Source of the DNA: Ignavibacteriota bacterium
GTDB taxonomy: Bacteria; Bacteroidota; Ignavibacteria; UBA10030; UBA6906
Length of the DNA stretch: 64,000 nt
Assembly (NCBI GenBank): GCA_963849385.1
Contig: CAWKHH010000005.1
Coordinates: forward strand, 386,478-450,477
Direction of reading: 5' to 3'
Shown: positions 33,659 through 42,678 of the stretch, piece by piece
How the letters are laid out: each line of letters opens with the position of its first letter
Numbering within the stretch: position 1 is the first letter of the stretch
Position numbers and translations under genes: made by a program
The notes under the pieces: generated by a model
Seen by the model: only the letters and a program-made list of their open reading frames with translations
Told to the model about the DNA's origin: nothing
The model's database searches: none

Positions 33659-35965
33659 CTAATTCTTCTCTCTGCTCTTCCCTATTACTCCTTGCCCGGC
33701 GGAGCCGGAATCAGGCATGGCGTCGCCGTTGTGAATAATCGGCGTGAATGTCCGCGCCGGCATCGTCCCACCGCCCAATGAGGCGAAACGATAGATATTC
33801 TTGAGATGAGCAATGTAGGCCAGATCAAACGGTGTGTCTCCTGCGGGCGCAGTCTGATCGGCACCGTACCACCAGAACCAGTCCGACCCTTCAGCCGCAT
33901 ACATTTCTTCCCACGCCATGAAGGCATTCCAGGCCCGTGATCCTTTGGGTGGCGCGTCCTTCCGCGGGTCAGGCCGCCGAACACCTGAGAGTTGGAGATC
34001 CTGGCGGGCCTGCAGGAGGTACTCCCATGCCGTATTCTCTTCCCGCTCGCCAATCCACGTATCATAGTTTGCATTGATCCACGAGCCGGGCCAGAGCCAC
34101 TCCATCGCCGGTTGCGATTCCACAGGGTGGGCGGGAATACCCCGGCGAGGATTGCCGGATATGTACTCCGACATCGTTGTTGATGTCGCCACTCCCTGCT
34201 TGTGGAGAACCGTCAGCTTCCTGTACAGCGCATTCAAGAACTTCTTTCCATCGACATCCTGCCTGTACCATTCCCATGCATTCTCACCGTCGAGAATCAC
34301 CGTAATGAGAACGTCAGGCTGATCCTCCCGCGGGGCGAAGGCCAGGAGGCTCTGCACGAAGTCCTCGGCCGCGGCTTCACCTTCCATCGACTGGTACTTG
34401 AAACCGATGCGATCGGAAAGATCGGTGTCGCGGAATACCAGCGATATCGGCTTGCTCCCCGCCGGGAATCTGAATGGCGTGGTATTCGGTTGGCCTGACG
34501 GTCGCGAATGCTGCAACACGCGTACGTCGCTTGCCGTCCAGAGAATCCCGTTGCTTCTAAGGATTTCCAGCACGGGTTGGGCCACTGAGCCTTCCCCGGG
34601 CCACATGCCGGTCGGCGCAAAGCCGAAGATGTTCTTGTACATCCTGACCGCTTTCACCACCTGTGCACGGGCATCTTCAGGATACGAAAAACGGGGAGGG
34701 AGGGAATCGGTCGGTTGACAGGTGCGAGCCAGCTCCGAGTCATAAATGAGCGGGAGAATCGGGTGGTAGTATGGCGTGGTGATAACATCAATCTGCCCTG
34801 TGCGCTTCTCCGGAGAATAGTGAAGAGCACGATGCACCGGGATAATCGCTCGCATGACATTGTACGCCTCCACAACCATTCTGACACAGTCGGCGTGCGT
34901 CACCCGGCGCTTCAGACGGAATATTCCTTCTCCCTCTTCGCGGACAAGATCGCTGAGATCACAGATCACACCTCCGGTGAGCGTCACCGGACCACGGAGA
35001 AAGTCCGGATCAAAGTATGCCAGGTAGAACCAGAAGATAATCTCCTGGAGCTCCTGAACGCTGAACATGGCGCCGTGCACGTCAGGAGATGAGGTACGCC
35101 GGCTCTTCAGCGCGTGATATTCCGGAAACCGCTCGAGCATCACATCATTGATCCCGAAGGCGTTCCAGGGATTTCTGTAGAGCAGATCTTTGTCCTTCTC
35201 TGTGAATGAGGACGCTGGTGTCAATGCAAGATCAATCCATGGATCCGTCTTCCCCTTCCACCGCTTCCAGAATCCGGCGATGTCGATTGTGCGTTCCCTG
35301 GCATGGATAAAGGGACCCAGGCGATCGAGGTAGTACCCGCGAAGCTGGTGGAGCAATGAAGATGTAAGATTGATCGTGCAGTGAACATCGGGATACTTCT
35401 CCAGCATGGCCGCCATATCATAGTAGTCTTTCGTGCCATGCGTGCGGACCCAGGGGCCGGTAAGTTGGTCGCTCTCCGGATCAGCGTACAATGGCTGATG
35501 CTGATGCCACAGGATATGAACAAATACTTTCTTGCGATCATCTGCCCGCGGATAGACATCATGGGAGTTCACCCTGACCGCCGGTGCTTCCGCCGAAAGG
35601 AGAATCGTGTTTTCGTTGGTGAGCACAAACACCGAATTCCTGGAAGACCGGTTATAGTTGTCGATCAACGCGGGGTTCCCCGGATCAGTGACGTACTCAG
35701 CTCCGTCCACCAGAAACTTGTATTGATAGAGCCCGGGCCGCAGCTTTCGCACGGCGGACCAGGATCCGTCGGCCGTTGTTTTCAGCGGGTCATCCTCTTT
35801 CGACCATCCGTTGAAGTCTCCGACAACAGAAACGCTTCGTTGTGCAGCACCATGATAGCTGAATCTCACCCCGTCCGGCGCGATGTTGGGTTGCCCACGG
35901 CCGGCAACGGCGGCGATGCACAGCGACGTCGCTATGACGGCAATAATGGTCGATGACCTATTCAT
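33659..35965 (-). CDS. Exported GH57 amylopullulanase-type enzyme with an N-terminal CBM48/AMPK-type glycogen-binding module
   Basis: Signal peptide, VVGDFNGW..YQYKFLVDG, and the GH57 motifs WHQHQP, HPILPL, WPGEG, LDGENAWE and AEGSDWFWW. Confidence 0.9.
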   Translation of the reverse strand: MNRSSTIIAVIATSLCIAAVAGRGQPNIAPDGVRFSYHGAAQRSVSVVGDFNGWSKEDDPLKTTADGSWSAVRKLRPGLYQYKFLVDGAEYVTDPGNPALIDNYNRSSRNSVFVLTNENTILLSAEAPAVRVNSHDVYPRADDRKKVFVHILWHQHQPLYADPESDQLTGPWVRTHGTKDYYDMAAMLEKYPDVHCTINLTSSLLHQLRGYYLDRLGPFIHARERTIDIAGFWKRWKGKTDPWIDLALTPASSFTEKDKDLLYRNPWNAFGINDVMLERFPEYHALKSRRTSSPDVHGAMFSVQELQEIIFWFYLAYFDPDFLRGPVTLTGGVICDLSDLVREEGEGIFRLKRRVTHADCVRMVVEAYNVMRAIIPVHRALHYSPEKRTGQIDVITTPYYHPILPLIYDSELARTCQPTDSLPPRFSYPEDARAQVVKAVRMYKNIFGFAPTGMWPGEGSVAQPVLEILRSNGILWTASDVRVLQHSRPSGQPNTTPFRFPAGSKPISLVFRDTDLSDRIGFKYQSMEGEAAAEDFVQSLLAFAPREDQPDVLITVILDGENAWEWYRQDVDGKKFLNALYRKLTVLHKQGVATSTTMSEYISGNPRRGIPAHPVESQPAMEWLWPGSWINANYDTWIGEREENTAWEYLLQARQDLQLSGVRRPDPRKDAPPKGSRAWNAFMAWEEMYAAEGSDWFWWYGADQTAPAGDTPFDLAYIAHLKNIYRFASLGGGTMPARTFTPIIHNGDAMPDSGSAGQGVIGKSREKN

Positions 35966-35992
35966 GGTCTTCTCTTTGGCGCATGGTTCCAC

Positions 35993-37888
35993 TCATTTCA
36001 CCACGATCATCTTCTTCGTATCCACGAACTGGTTCCCATTGCCTGATACCGTCAGGCGGTACAGGTACACTCCACTTGCCAGCCCCTGAGCACCGAACGT
36101 AGCATCGTATGTGCCAGGCACCTTTTCTTCGTTCACTAGCACCGCCACCTCACGCCCGAGCAAGTCATACACGCCGAGCCGTACCCAACTAGACCCTAGC
36201 CCCCAAACCCTAGACCCATGCTGTTCCCCCGAGACCCCAGACCCACTCTGCATGCCCGCAACCCGAAACCCGATCGTCGTACTCGGGTTAAACGGATTCG
36301 GATAGTTCTGTTCAAGCCGCATCTCCACCGGAACCTCTGCAACCTCACCGCCGACAGACTCTATCCGGCCGGTCTGGAACGTGACAGCGAAATCCCCGCC
36401 TGTCGAAGCCGGGATATGTAAAACCCGGTCTGCTTTCCCAAAGGTCGCATACGGCACACCGTTCAGTGTCACACTTTCAATATGGAGAGGCGGACTCGTG
36501 ATCCCGATCGGGGTCAGCCGGATGTCGCGTGCGTGTCCGACCGGACCGAACGCATAGTGCAGCGTTGCGGGCAGGCCCTTCAGGAGAAGTTTGCCGTACA
36601 GATAGACGTAGTACCCGAGCTCCGTCGAGTGGTATGCCGCCTTCCCGCTGCTTCCTTTGTTCGTATCCCAGATTTGGGAACCGTATTTTGTCCGATTCTC
36701 GTACACTTCGCCGAACGTGTGGTCGACGAAGTACTTCATGAAGAAGTCCAGCGTTTCGTCAGCCATTTCGAGGTACTTTGCTTTTCCCGTAATATGATAG
36801 AGCACCAGGCCGGCAGTGATTGCCTGCTCCATCTGCCACCATGCTTTGGCGGTATCTTTCTGCCCCCACATGAGCATCTGGCCCGAAGTGCGATCATAAT
36901 CTTTGTAAGGCCCCCCATTCTCGTGATCGTACCCTTTCTGTAGGACAGACTCCACCAGCCGCTCTGCAGTCCCGAGGTAGCCGGAATCGGGATGAAGTTC
37001 GTACAACCGGGCAAGGCACCATGCGGTCTTGAGCACATGACCCATAATCGTCATGGTGTTTGATGGGTCAGGATTCCAGTTGATATCATAGCCTTCCACA
37101 AACCCGATTGCCTGTGTGCTCGCTGATGCAGCAAGCCGGTTCACCATGTTGTCAGCGACCTGTCGCAACCGATTCCAGTATGTGGAATCGCCGGTCATGA
37201 GATAGAGGTGAAGCACATGGGTCGTCACCGCATCGACAGTGGCATTAAAGCTCTTGCCCGAAGGCTGTGTGCCGTCGGCACGTGTCTGGTCATAGTACCC
37301 GAATGTCTGCGGCCGCGCATCCCAGAAGTGGGCATCATTGTGCGCAAGACTCCGTTCAAGTACAGAGCGGTCAAGACTGTCGTCGGTGACTTCTACAGAC
37401 GCCGCGACACCGAGCATGGCGTAGTGCTGGTAGTATGCCGTTTTGCCGGCCGTCGGATCGGATGGTACACCGCTTTTGTTGACATCGTTGTACCAACCGC
37501 CGTTGGCGTTATCCCACCCCGAGCGGTACAAAAAATCCAATGCGCGCCGGGCGTACGTAAGATACTGCGCATTGCCCGTCAGCATATATGCGCGCAGAAA
37601 ACCGTACGCGTCCCGTGATTGGTTGAGCGTGTTCTTTCCGGTTCCCCACGCTGTGATAAGATTGCCGGCCCGGTCGATATTCATGTAGAAACCGCCCTGG
37701 ACGGAGTCGTATGCCTTGAACCAGAATCGCGCACAGCTGTCGACGTATCCGATGGCCAGATCCGGATTGGCAAGATATGGAGACCGGTTGGTCTGCGCCG
37801 GCACAGGCGTGGCCGTGAGGGCGATAATCACGCCCCCGATCAACGCACATTGGATCAACATCCGGTACGGAGCTCTGCACTGCATCAC
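35993..37888 (-). CDS. T9SS-secreted AGE-family (cellobiose 2-epimerase-like) protein
   Basis: Signal peptide, YDSVQGGF, QSR..YGF, WDNANGGW, GHVLKTAW, WWQMEQ and KAAYH, then CTD QNYPNPFNP...SGVYLYRL...KKMIVVK. Confidence 0.82.
   Translation of the reverse strand: MMQCRAPYRMLIQCALIGGVIIALTATPVPAQTNRSPYLANPDLAIGYVDSCARFWFKAYDSVQGGFYMNIDRAGNLITAWGTGKNTLNQSRDAYGFLRAYMLTGNAQYLTYARRALDFLYRSGWDNANGGWYNDVNKSGVPSDPTAGKTAYYQHYAMLGVAASVEVTDDSLDRSVLERSLAHNDAHFWDARPQTFGYYDQTRADGTQPSGKSFNATVDAVTTHVLHLYLMTGDSTYWNRLRQVADNMVNRLAASASTQAIGFVEGYDINWNPDPSNTMTIMGHVLKTAWCLARLYELHPDSGYLGTAERLVESVLQKGYDHENGGPYKDYDRTSGQMLMWGQKDTAKAWWQMEQAITAGLVLYHITGKAKYLEMADETLDFFMKYFVDHTFGEVYENRTKYGSQIWDTNKGSSGKAAYHSTELGYYVYLYGKLLLKGLPATLHYAFGPVGHARDIRLTPIGITSPPLHIESVTLNGVPYATFGKADRVLHIPASTGGDFAVTFQTGRIESVGGEVAEVPVEMRLEQNYPNPFNPSTTIGFRVAGMQSGSGVSGEQHGSRVWGLGSSWVRLGVYDLLGREVAVLVNEEKVPGTYDATFGAQGLASGVYLYRLTVSGNGNQFVDTKKMIVVK
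36188..36271. repeat. Degenerate (AGACCCC)-like repeat encoding a 20-aa Gly/Ser insert in the T9SS CTD
   Basis: agaccctagcccccaaaccctagaccc...gagaccccagaccc...gcaacccgaaaccc; homologous to 38115-38198. Confidence 0.65.
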
Positions 37889-37919
37889 ATCTCCTCGCAG
37901 TGTCTACCTGCGACGAATG

Positions 37920-40900
37920 TCACCTGAGCAGGATCATCCTCTTCGTGTCGACGAACTGCGTCCCATTCCCGGAAGCCGTCAGTCGATAGAAATACACCCC
38001 GCTTGAAAGCCGTTGTGCGTCGAACAACACTGCATATGTTCCCGCTGCCTTCTGCTCGTTCACCAACACTGCTACCTCGCGCCCCAGCATGTCATACACG
38101 GAAAGCCTCACCAAACTAGACCCCAGACCCCAGACCCCAGACCCAGTCTTTTCACCCGAGACCCCGGACCCATTCTTCACACCCGCAACCCGGAACCCGA
38201 TGGTGGTAACCGGGTTAAACGGATTCGGGTAGTTCTGTATCAACCCAAACTCAACCGGCCGGTCGGTTTGCTCTTCGACTGACAGCAACGGATTGAGCAC
38301 GTTGAGCGTGTCCCGCGTAAGCGAGATCGTGTACACCGCGCTCCCGTATGCCGGTAATGTCACCTGAAACGAGGATAGGGCAGGCAAGGTCAGTGTCTGG
38401 GTTGCCGGGGAGAGAAGCTCGTTCGCAAAGATGGGATCCCGGTTCTTCACCTCTCCATTGAATTTGAGCACACCGGTCGCGCTCAGGTCCAGCGTGGCAG
38501 TCTGATCGGCTCCTGAGACATTGACGACAGTAAGCCCATTTTGGTCACGGTAAGGACGTGTGAAGGCATAGAGGAGCGGACTGCTCGAGGTCACACGAAC
38601 AATATCCGGATCATCCAGAGCATTGACTGTTCCGTCACCGTTCGTATCCGTTTTGTGCGTCGTGAATGCCGGGAATGCACCACGTAACGTAGCCAGCCGC
38701 TGATAGTGCGGAGCGAGAAGAGCCCGCCCTGCAAAGTTCCAGTCGATCAGACTGCGTGCGCGGGCATCCTTCGAACCCTGGATGCCGTAACCGTATCCCA
38801 CCTCCTGACCGTTCCAGAGCATGGGAAACCCTGGAGCCGTGAATAGTACGGTGGCAATCGGCATGGTCTTACGAAATGTCGTCTGCGCGTCGATGGTGGA
38901 GTTGGCTCCGTAGAAGTACACAATGCGATCCTCGTCCTGCGATTCCATAAATCGCATGTACAGCGCATGCGATCCCGGGTAGTACCCGCCATTCAGGATA
39001 TCGTTGTGCAGATTTGAGATGGCACCTTCGACAAAAGTAAACCCGCGAATCTGATTAAAGTACAATCTGAAATCGTAGGCTGCATCGACACCTCCCCGGA
39101 TACCGAGGTCTTCATAATCTGCATAGATGGTCTCGGTGCCGTTGCCTGTACCGTCATCTTCTGCAAGGAGTAGGATATCCGGCTTCACGTGCTTGAGTGC
39201 CGTACGAACCGGGAATCCCATCGATACCTCTCCGTACCGTCGATGGGGACCCCAGTACACATCAAACCTGAACCCGTCCGCTCCAAACTCAAGAAGCCAG
39301 TACTTGAACATCCGGATCATCTCCATCCGGAGATCAACGTCGTTCCAATTGAGATCGAGCAACTGGTCGGAGAATCCTGAGTAGTACGCGAACCCGTACG
39401 CATCCAGCGACTGTCCCAACCCGTTCGTGTTGTGCGGGATAAGGGTATGTTCATACCATGTCCAGTAGCGGGAATCCTGGCCGAACGTGCGTGCATCAAC
39501 CGCCCAGGGATGCGATCGGCTCGAGTGATTTGGCGTGATGTCCAGAATGATCTTGATGCCGTAAGCGTGTGCTTGTTGAATGAAATCCTTCATATCCTGA
39601 TTGGTGCCGTACTCCGGTGCAACGTTGTAGAAATCCGCAATGTTGTATCCCGGCCCTGAACCCATGTTGATTGGAGAGGCGTTCTTCATCACCGGCATCA
39701 TCCAGATGACGTTGAAACCGAGGTCACGAATCGAAGAAAGCCGTTGTGCAGCGCCGGTCAGATTTCCTTCCGGTGAAGCAGCCTTGGGGAAGAGGAAGTA
39801 CACCCGCGCTTTTTGCACCCAGACAGGAGTATCGGCGTACCCGGGGTTCGTCACCGAGCCATCGTTGTTCACCAAAAAATATGATCGTGTGGTGTCGGCG
39901 TTCCCTTGTGCATCCACCGCGATAAGGCCGTAGTAGTACTCACCGGGCTTTGCCGGTAGAGGAACGATTGCGGTCGTGCCCGTTTTGCCATTCAACCCTA
40001 ACGCATACTCAGCATCGTCTCTCCAGTAAAATATGCCGGGCGGCGCTCCATCCGGATCGGTGCTCCCCGCAGCACTCAACGTTACTGAACCTCCGCTGAG
40101 CGCGGCGGCAGCCGTAGCAACCGGGGCATGAGAGATAAGTCGCGTGATGACGACCGGAGACGAGACCACTTGTCCTCCGGTGGTGTCCACAACAAGGACG
40201 AAACTGTTGGCCCCTTCACTCAAGGTGTCCCGTACACTCCAGAGCCCGGCGACAACGCTCACTGATGTTGTATCAAAACCGTTCCGCACGAGTCGGGCAG
40301 TGTGCACCGACGTATCCTGCACAACTCCGCGCAACACTCTGTAGGGGTCATATGTGGGATAGCCGCCACGAGTCGTGATCTGGACAAACCCGGCCTGTAT
40401 TGTGAAACTCACAGTATCGGCATTTTCCCCGGCCTGGAGAATCGCCTCATGGTCGCCGTTGACCAGCGGAGAGGCCGGTGTGAACCCATACTGCATCGAG
40501 AGACGATCGTACCCGCCCGTTCCGTTCACGGCAACGCCATCAATAAGTAATCGAATGGTCGTCGTGTCGAGAGAGGTTCCGATCTTCGGATACAGATAGG
40601 CGCTGATGAGCGGCGAGGGAGCCGTTACAATCGGGGATCGCTGATTCGGGAGAAATTGGTAAATCGTCGGGTTCTTAACGTAGAGATACGTGTTGTTGTT
40701 GTCCTGCGGATTCTGATGATGATTCAACGGATCATTCGGCCAATCGGAGACCCCGTTGTACCAGAACTTGTATTGCCACGCGTCCGGGATTCCCTTGAGC
40801 GGATCCGCATTCGGATTGATCCCGATCGGCAACCGAACAGTCCGCGTCCAGAGCCCGCCTCCCTGACTGGTCATCGGCCAGATGGTGTTGTTCCAGGCGT

Positions 40901-41039
40901 TGAATTCACCCGCTACCGTAACGCCTGTCACCCCGGCCTTTGTGTAGCGGAAGGTGACGTCGACACTGTCCTGGGCACGGCTGAGGAAGCCAGACGCAAT
41001 GACCACGTGCAGAATCAGCAACTTGACAGCGCTATTCAT
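37920..41039 (-). CDS. T9SS-secreted multidomain GH13 alpha-amylase (CBM48-like, Ig/PKD-like, GH13, CTD)
   Basis: Signal peptide, VAGEFNAW..QYKF, LSAAGSTDPDG, GFNVIWMMP, LDITPNH, DGFRFD, LLAED, ESQD and CTD QNYPNPFNP. Confidence 0.9.
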   Translation of the reverse strand: MNSAVKLLILHVVIASGFLSRAQDSVDVTFRYTKAGVTGVTVAGEFNAWNNTIWPMTSQGGGLWTRTVRLPIGINPNADPLKGIPDAWQYKFWYNGVSDWPNDPLNHHQNPQDNNNTYLYVKNPTIYQFLPNQRSPIVTAPSPLISAYLYPKIGTSLDTTTIRLLIDGVAVNGTGGYDRLSMQYGFTPASPLVNGDHEAILQAGENADTVSFTIQAGFVQITTRGGYPTYDPYRVLRGVVQDTSVHTARLVRNGFDTTSVSVVAGLWSVRDTLSEGANSFVLVVDTTGGQVVSSPVVITRLISHAPVATAAAALSGGSVTLSAAGSTDPDGAPPGIFYWRDDAEYALGLNGKTGTTAIVPLPAKPGEYYYGLIAVDAQGNADTTRSYFLVNNDGSVTNPGYADTPVWVQKARVYFLFPKAASPEGNLTGAAQRLSSIRDLGFNVIWMMPVMKNASPINMGSGPGYNIADFYNVAPEYGTNQDMKDFIQQAHAYGIKIILDITPNHSSRSHPWAVDARTFGQDSRYWTWYEHTLIPHNTNGLGQSLDAYGFAYYSGFSDQLLDLNWNDVDLRMEMIRMFKYWLLEFGADGFRFDVYWGPHRRYGEVSMGFPVRTALKHVKPDILLLAEDDGTGNGTETIYADYEDLGIRGGVDAAYDFRLYFNQIRGFTFVEGAISNLHNDILNGGYYPGSHALYMRFMESQDEDRIVYFYGANSTIDAQTTFRKTMPIATVLFTAPGFPMLWNGQEVGYGYGIQGSKDARARSLIDWNFAGRALLAPHYQRLATLRGAFPAFTTHKTDTNGDGTVNALDDPDIVRVTSSSPLLYAFTRPYRDQNGLTVVNVSGADQTATLDLSATGVLKFNGEVKNRDPIFANELLSPATQTLTLPALSSFQVTLPAYGSAVYTISLTRDTLNVLNPLLSVEEQTDRPVEFGLIQNYPNPFNPVTTIGFRVAGVKNGSGVSGEKTGSGVWGLGSSLVRLSVYDMLGREVAVLVNEQKAAGTYAVLFDAQRLSSGVYFYRLTASGNGTQFVDTKRMILLR
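38115..38198. repeat. Heptamer tandem (AGACCCC)x3 plus degenerate copies inside the T9SS CTD
   Basis: Three perfect AGACCCC units at 38118-38138 plus AGACCC, followed by degenerate units. Confidence 0.75.
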
Positions 41040-41115
41040 TACGTATCTCCCATTCTCCTCTCACTCCGCTCCAGGATTGACCTCAACGTGTGCCTTGTCA
41101 TTACGCACACGCCTC

Positions 41116-42600
41116 TCAGTGCGAATCACCCCCCCGCACAAACACCCCTCCTGACAACCCTGGTATCACTACCGTGTACTCTCCGTTCTGATCCGGCGTG
41201 ATAGGATTCCCGGCCGGGTGCACAGAGCGCCACAGCCCGCTGCCGCCGGCTGCTCCGAGCGGAATTGCGACACGTGCCGGCGAGGAGCCTGCATTGATCA
41301 CCACCACCCCGCGCGATTCGCCGTCTTTTCGTGCAAAGATATACACGCGCCGGTCATCATCAGCACGAAGTGCCTCAAACGTTCCATGCCGCCAGACGGG
41401 ATATGCCCTGCGAAGCGCAATCATTTTCTTGTACCAGTCGAGCAAATCCGTGCGCTGTTTCTTCTTGTCCCAAATCATCGTCCCCCGACAGCCGGGGTCT
41501 TTTCCCCCTTCCATGCCTATCTCGTCGCCATAATACACCATCGGCGCACCGGGATACAGCATTTGAAAGAGCACCGCCAGTTCTTCCCGCTCCACATCGC
41601 CGGCACATATCGTGAGCAAACGCTCGGTATCATGACTTCCGAGAAGATTCTGAAGTGCGAAATTCACCGGCTCCGGGTAGTCCCGCCGTTGGTGGGCAAG
41701 TGCAGTGTCGAATGCCGTGGGAGTTGCTGTCCCCTGTGCGAAGAATTTCAAACAGGGATCGCGGAAGCGGTAGTTCATCACCGCATCGAACTGGTCTCCC
41801 TGCAGCCATGCCGAGGCATTATCCCAGATTTCACCGACAATGTAGCATTCCGGGTTTATAGATTTCACCAGTTTCCGCCACTCGATCCAGAAGGCGTGCG
41901 GGATCTCATTGGGCACATCCAGGCGCCACCCGTCGACTCCCATCGTCGTCCATTTGCGCGTCACATCAAAGAGATACTTCCGTACCGCCGGATTCTCAGT
42001 CCTGAGCTTCGGCAGGGAACCGTATCCCCACCAGCATTCGTAGTTTGGCTTGGATGGGGGCCCGACCGGAAAGCTGCGTATGGTGTACCAGTCTTTGTAG
42101 AGCGACCTTTCCCCCTTGGCCCGGATATCCGCAAAAGCGAAGAAGGCGATCCCCGTATGGTTGAATACACCGTCAATCACCACACGAATCCCACGGGCAT
42201 GGCACGAATCGAGTAGCCGCTTGAATGTCGCATCATCGCCAAAATGCGGATCAATGCGCATGTAGTCGGCAGTGTTGTATTTGTGATTCGTCGTCGCTTC
42301 GAAGATCGGGTTGAAATAGAGCGCATTGACGCCAAGATCCTGAATGTAATCCAAATGATCGATGACCCCCTGCAGATCGCCACCAAAGAAATTGCGCCCC
42401 GTCGGTGCCCCTCCCCACGCTTCAACACCGGGGGGATCGTTGGTGGCGTCCCCGTTCGCGAATCGTTCAGGGAATATCTGATAGAAGACCGCGTCTTTGA
42501 CCCAGTCGGGGACGAATCCGCCGGCGCGGAGTGGTGAGGTCACTGCGAGCATGAGCAATGCGACACCCACCTTGCATGTTGTGACAGGATTGGCATTCAC
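41116..42600 (-). CDS. Exported GH13 neopullulanase/cyclomaltodextrinase-like enzyme
   Basis: PDWVKDAVFYQIFPERFANGD, GGDLQG, DGVFNH, DGWRLDV, GEIW, LGSHDT and YYGDEIG. It has a signal-like N-terminus and lacks the N-domain. Confidence 0.92.
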   Translation of the reverse strand: MNANPVTTCKVGVALLMLAVTSPLRAGGFVPDWVKDAVFYQIFPERFANGDATNDPPGVEAWGGAPTGRNFFGGDLQGVIDHLDYIQDLGVNALYFNPIFEATTNHKYNTADYMRIDPHFGDDATFKRLLDSCHARGIRVVIDGVFNHTGIAFFAFADIRAKGERSLYKDWYTIRSFPVGPPSKPNYECWWGYGSLPKLRTENPAVRKYLFDVTRKWTTMGVDGWRLDVPNEIPHAFWIEWRKLVKSINPECYIVGEIWDNASAWLQGDQFDAVMNYRFRDPCLKFFAQGTATPTAFDTALAHQRRDYPEPVNFALQNLLGSHDTERLLTICAGDVEREELAVLFQMLYPGAPMVYYGDEIGMEGGKDPGCRGTMIWDKKKQRTDLLDWYKKMIALRRAYPVWRHGTFEALRADDDRRVYIFARKDGESRGVVVINAGSSPARVAIPLGAAGGSGLWRSVHPAGNPITPDQNGEYTVVIPGLSGGVFVRGGDSH

Positions 42601-42605
42601 GGTTC

Positions 42606-42634
42606 ACTATAGAGATTGTGGTTCTGAAATGCAA
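42606..42634 (-). promoter_or_regulatory. Putative sigma70 promoter of the maltodextrin operon
   Basis: Minus strand TTGCAT-17 nt-TATAGT, 5 nt before the GTG at 42600. Confidence 0.55.
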
Positions 42635-42678
42635 TGCTTGCTTTGACGGCCAAACATTCTATATTTTGTTCGAGACCT

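Noticed and set aside
36188-38198. CRISPR or diversity-generating retroelement (TR/VR) reading of the duplicated CTD segments
   Set aside because: There is no repeat-spacer structure and no reverse transcriptase, and the differences are not adenine-specific.
38925-38960. GH13 region IV ESQD instead of NHD as a sign of inactivity
   Set aside because: The catalytic Asp, Glu, Asp and the region II Arg are all retained.
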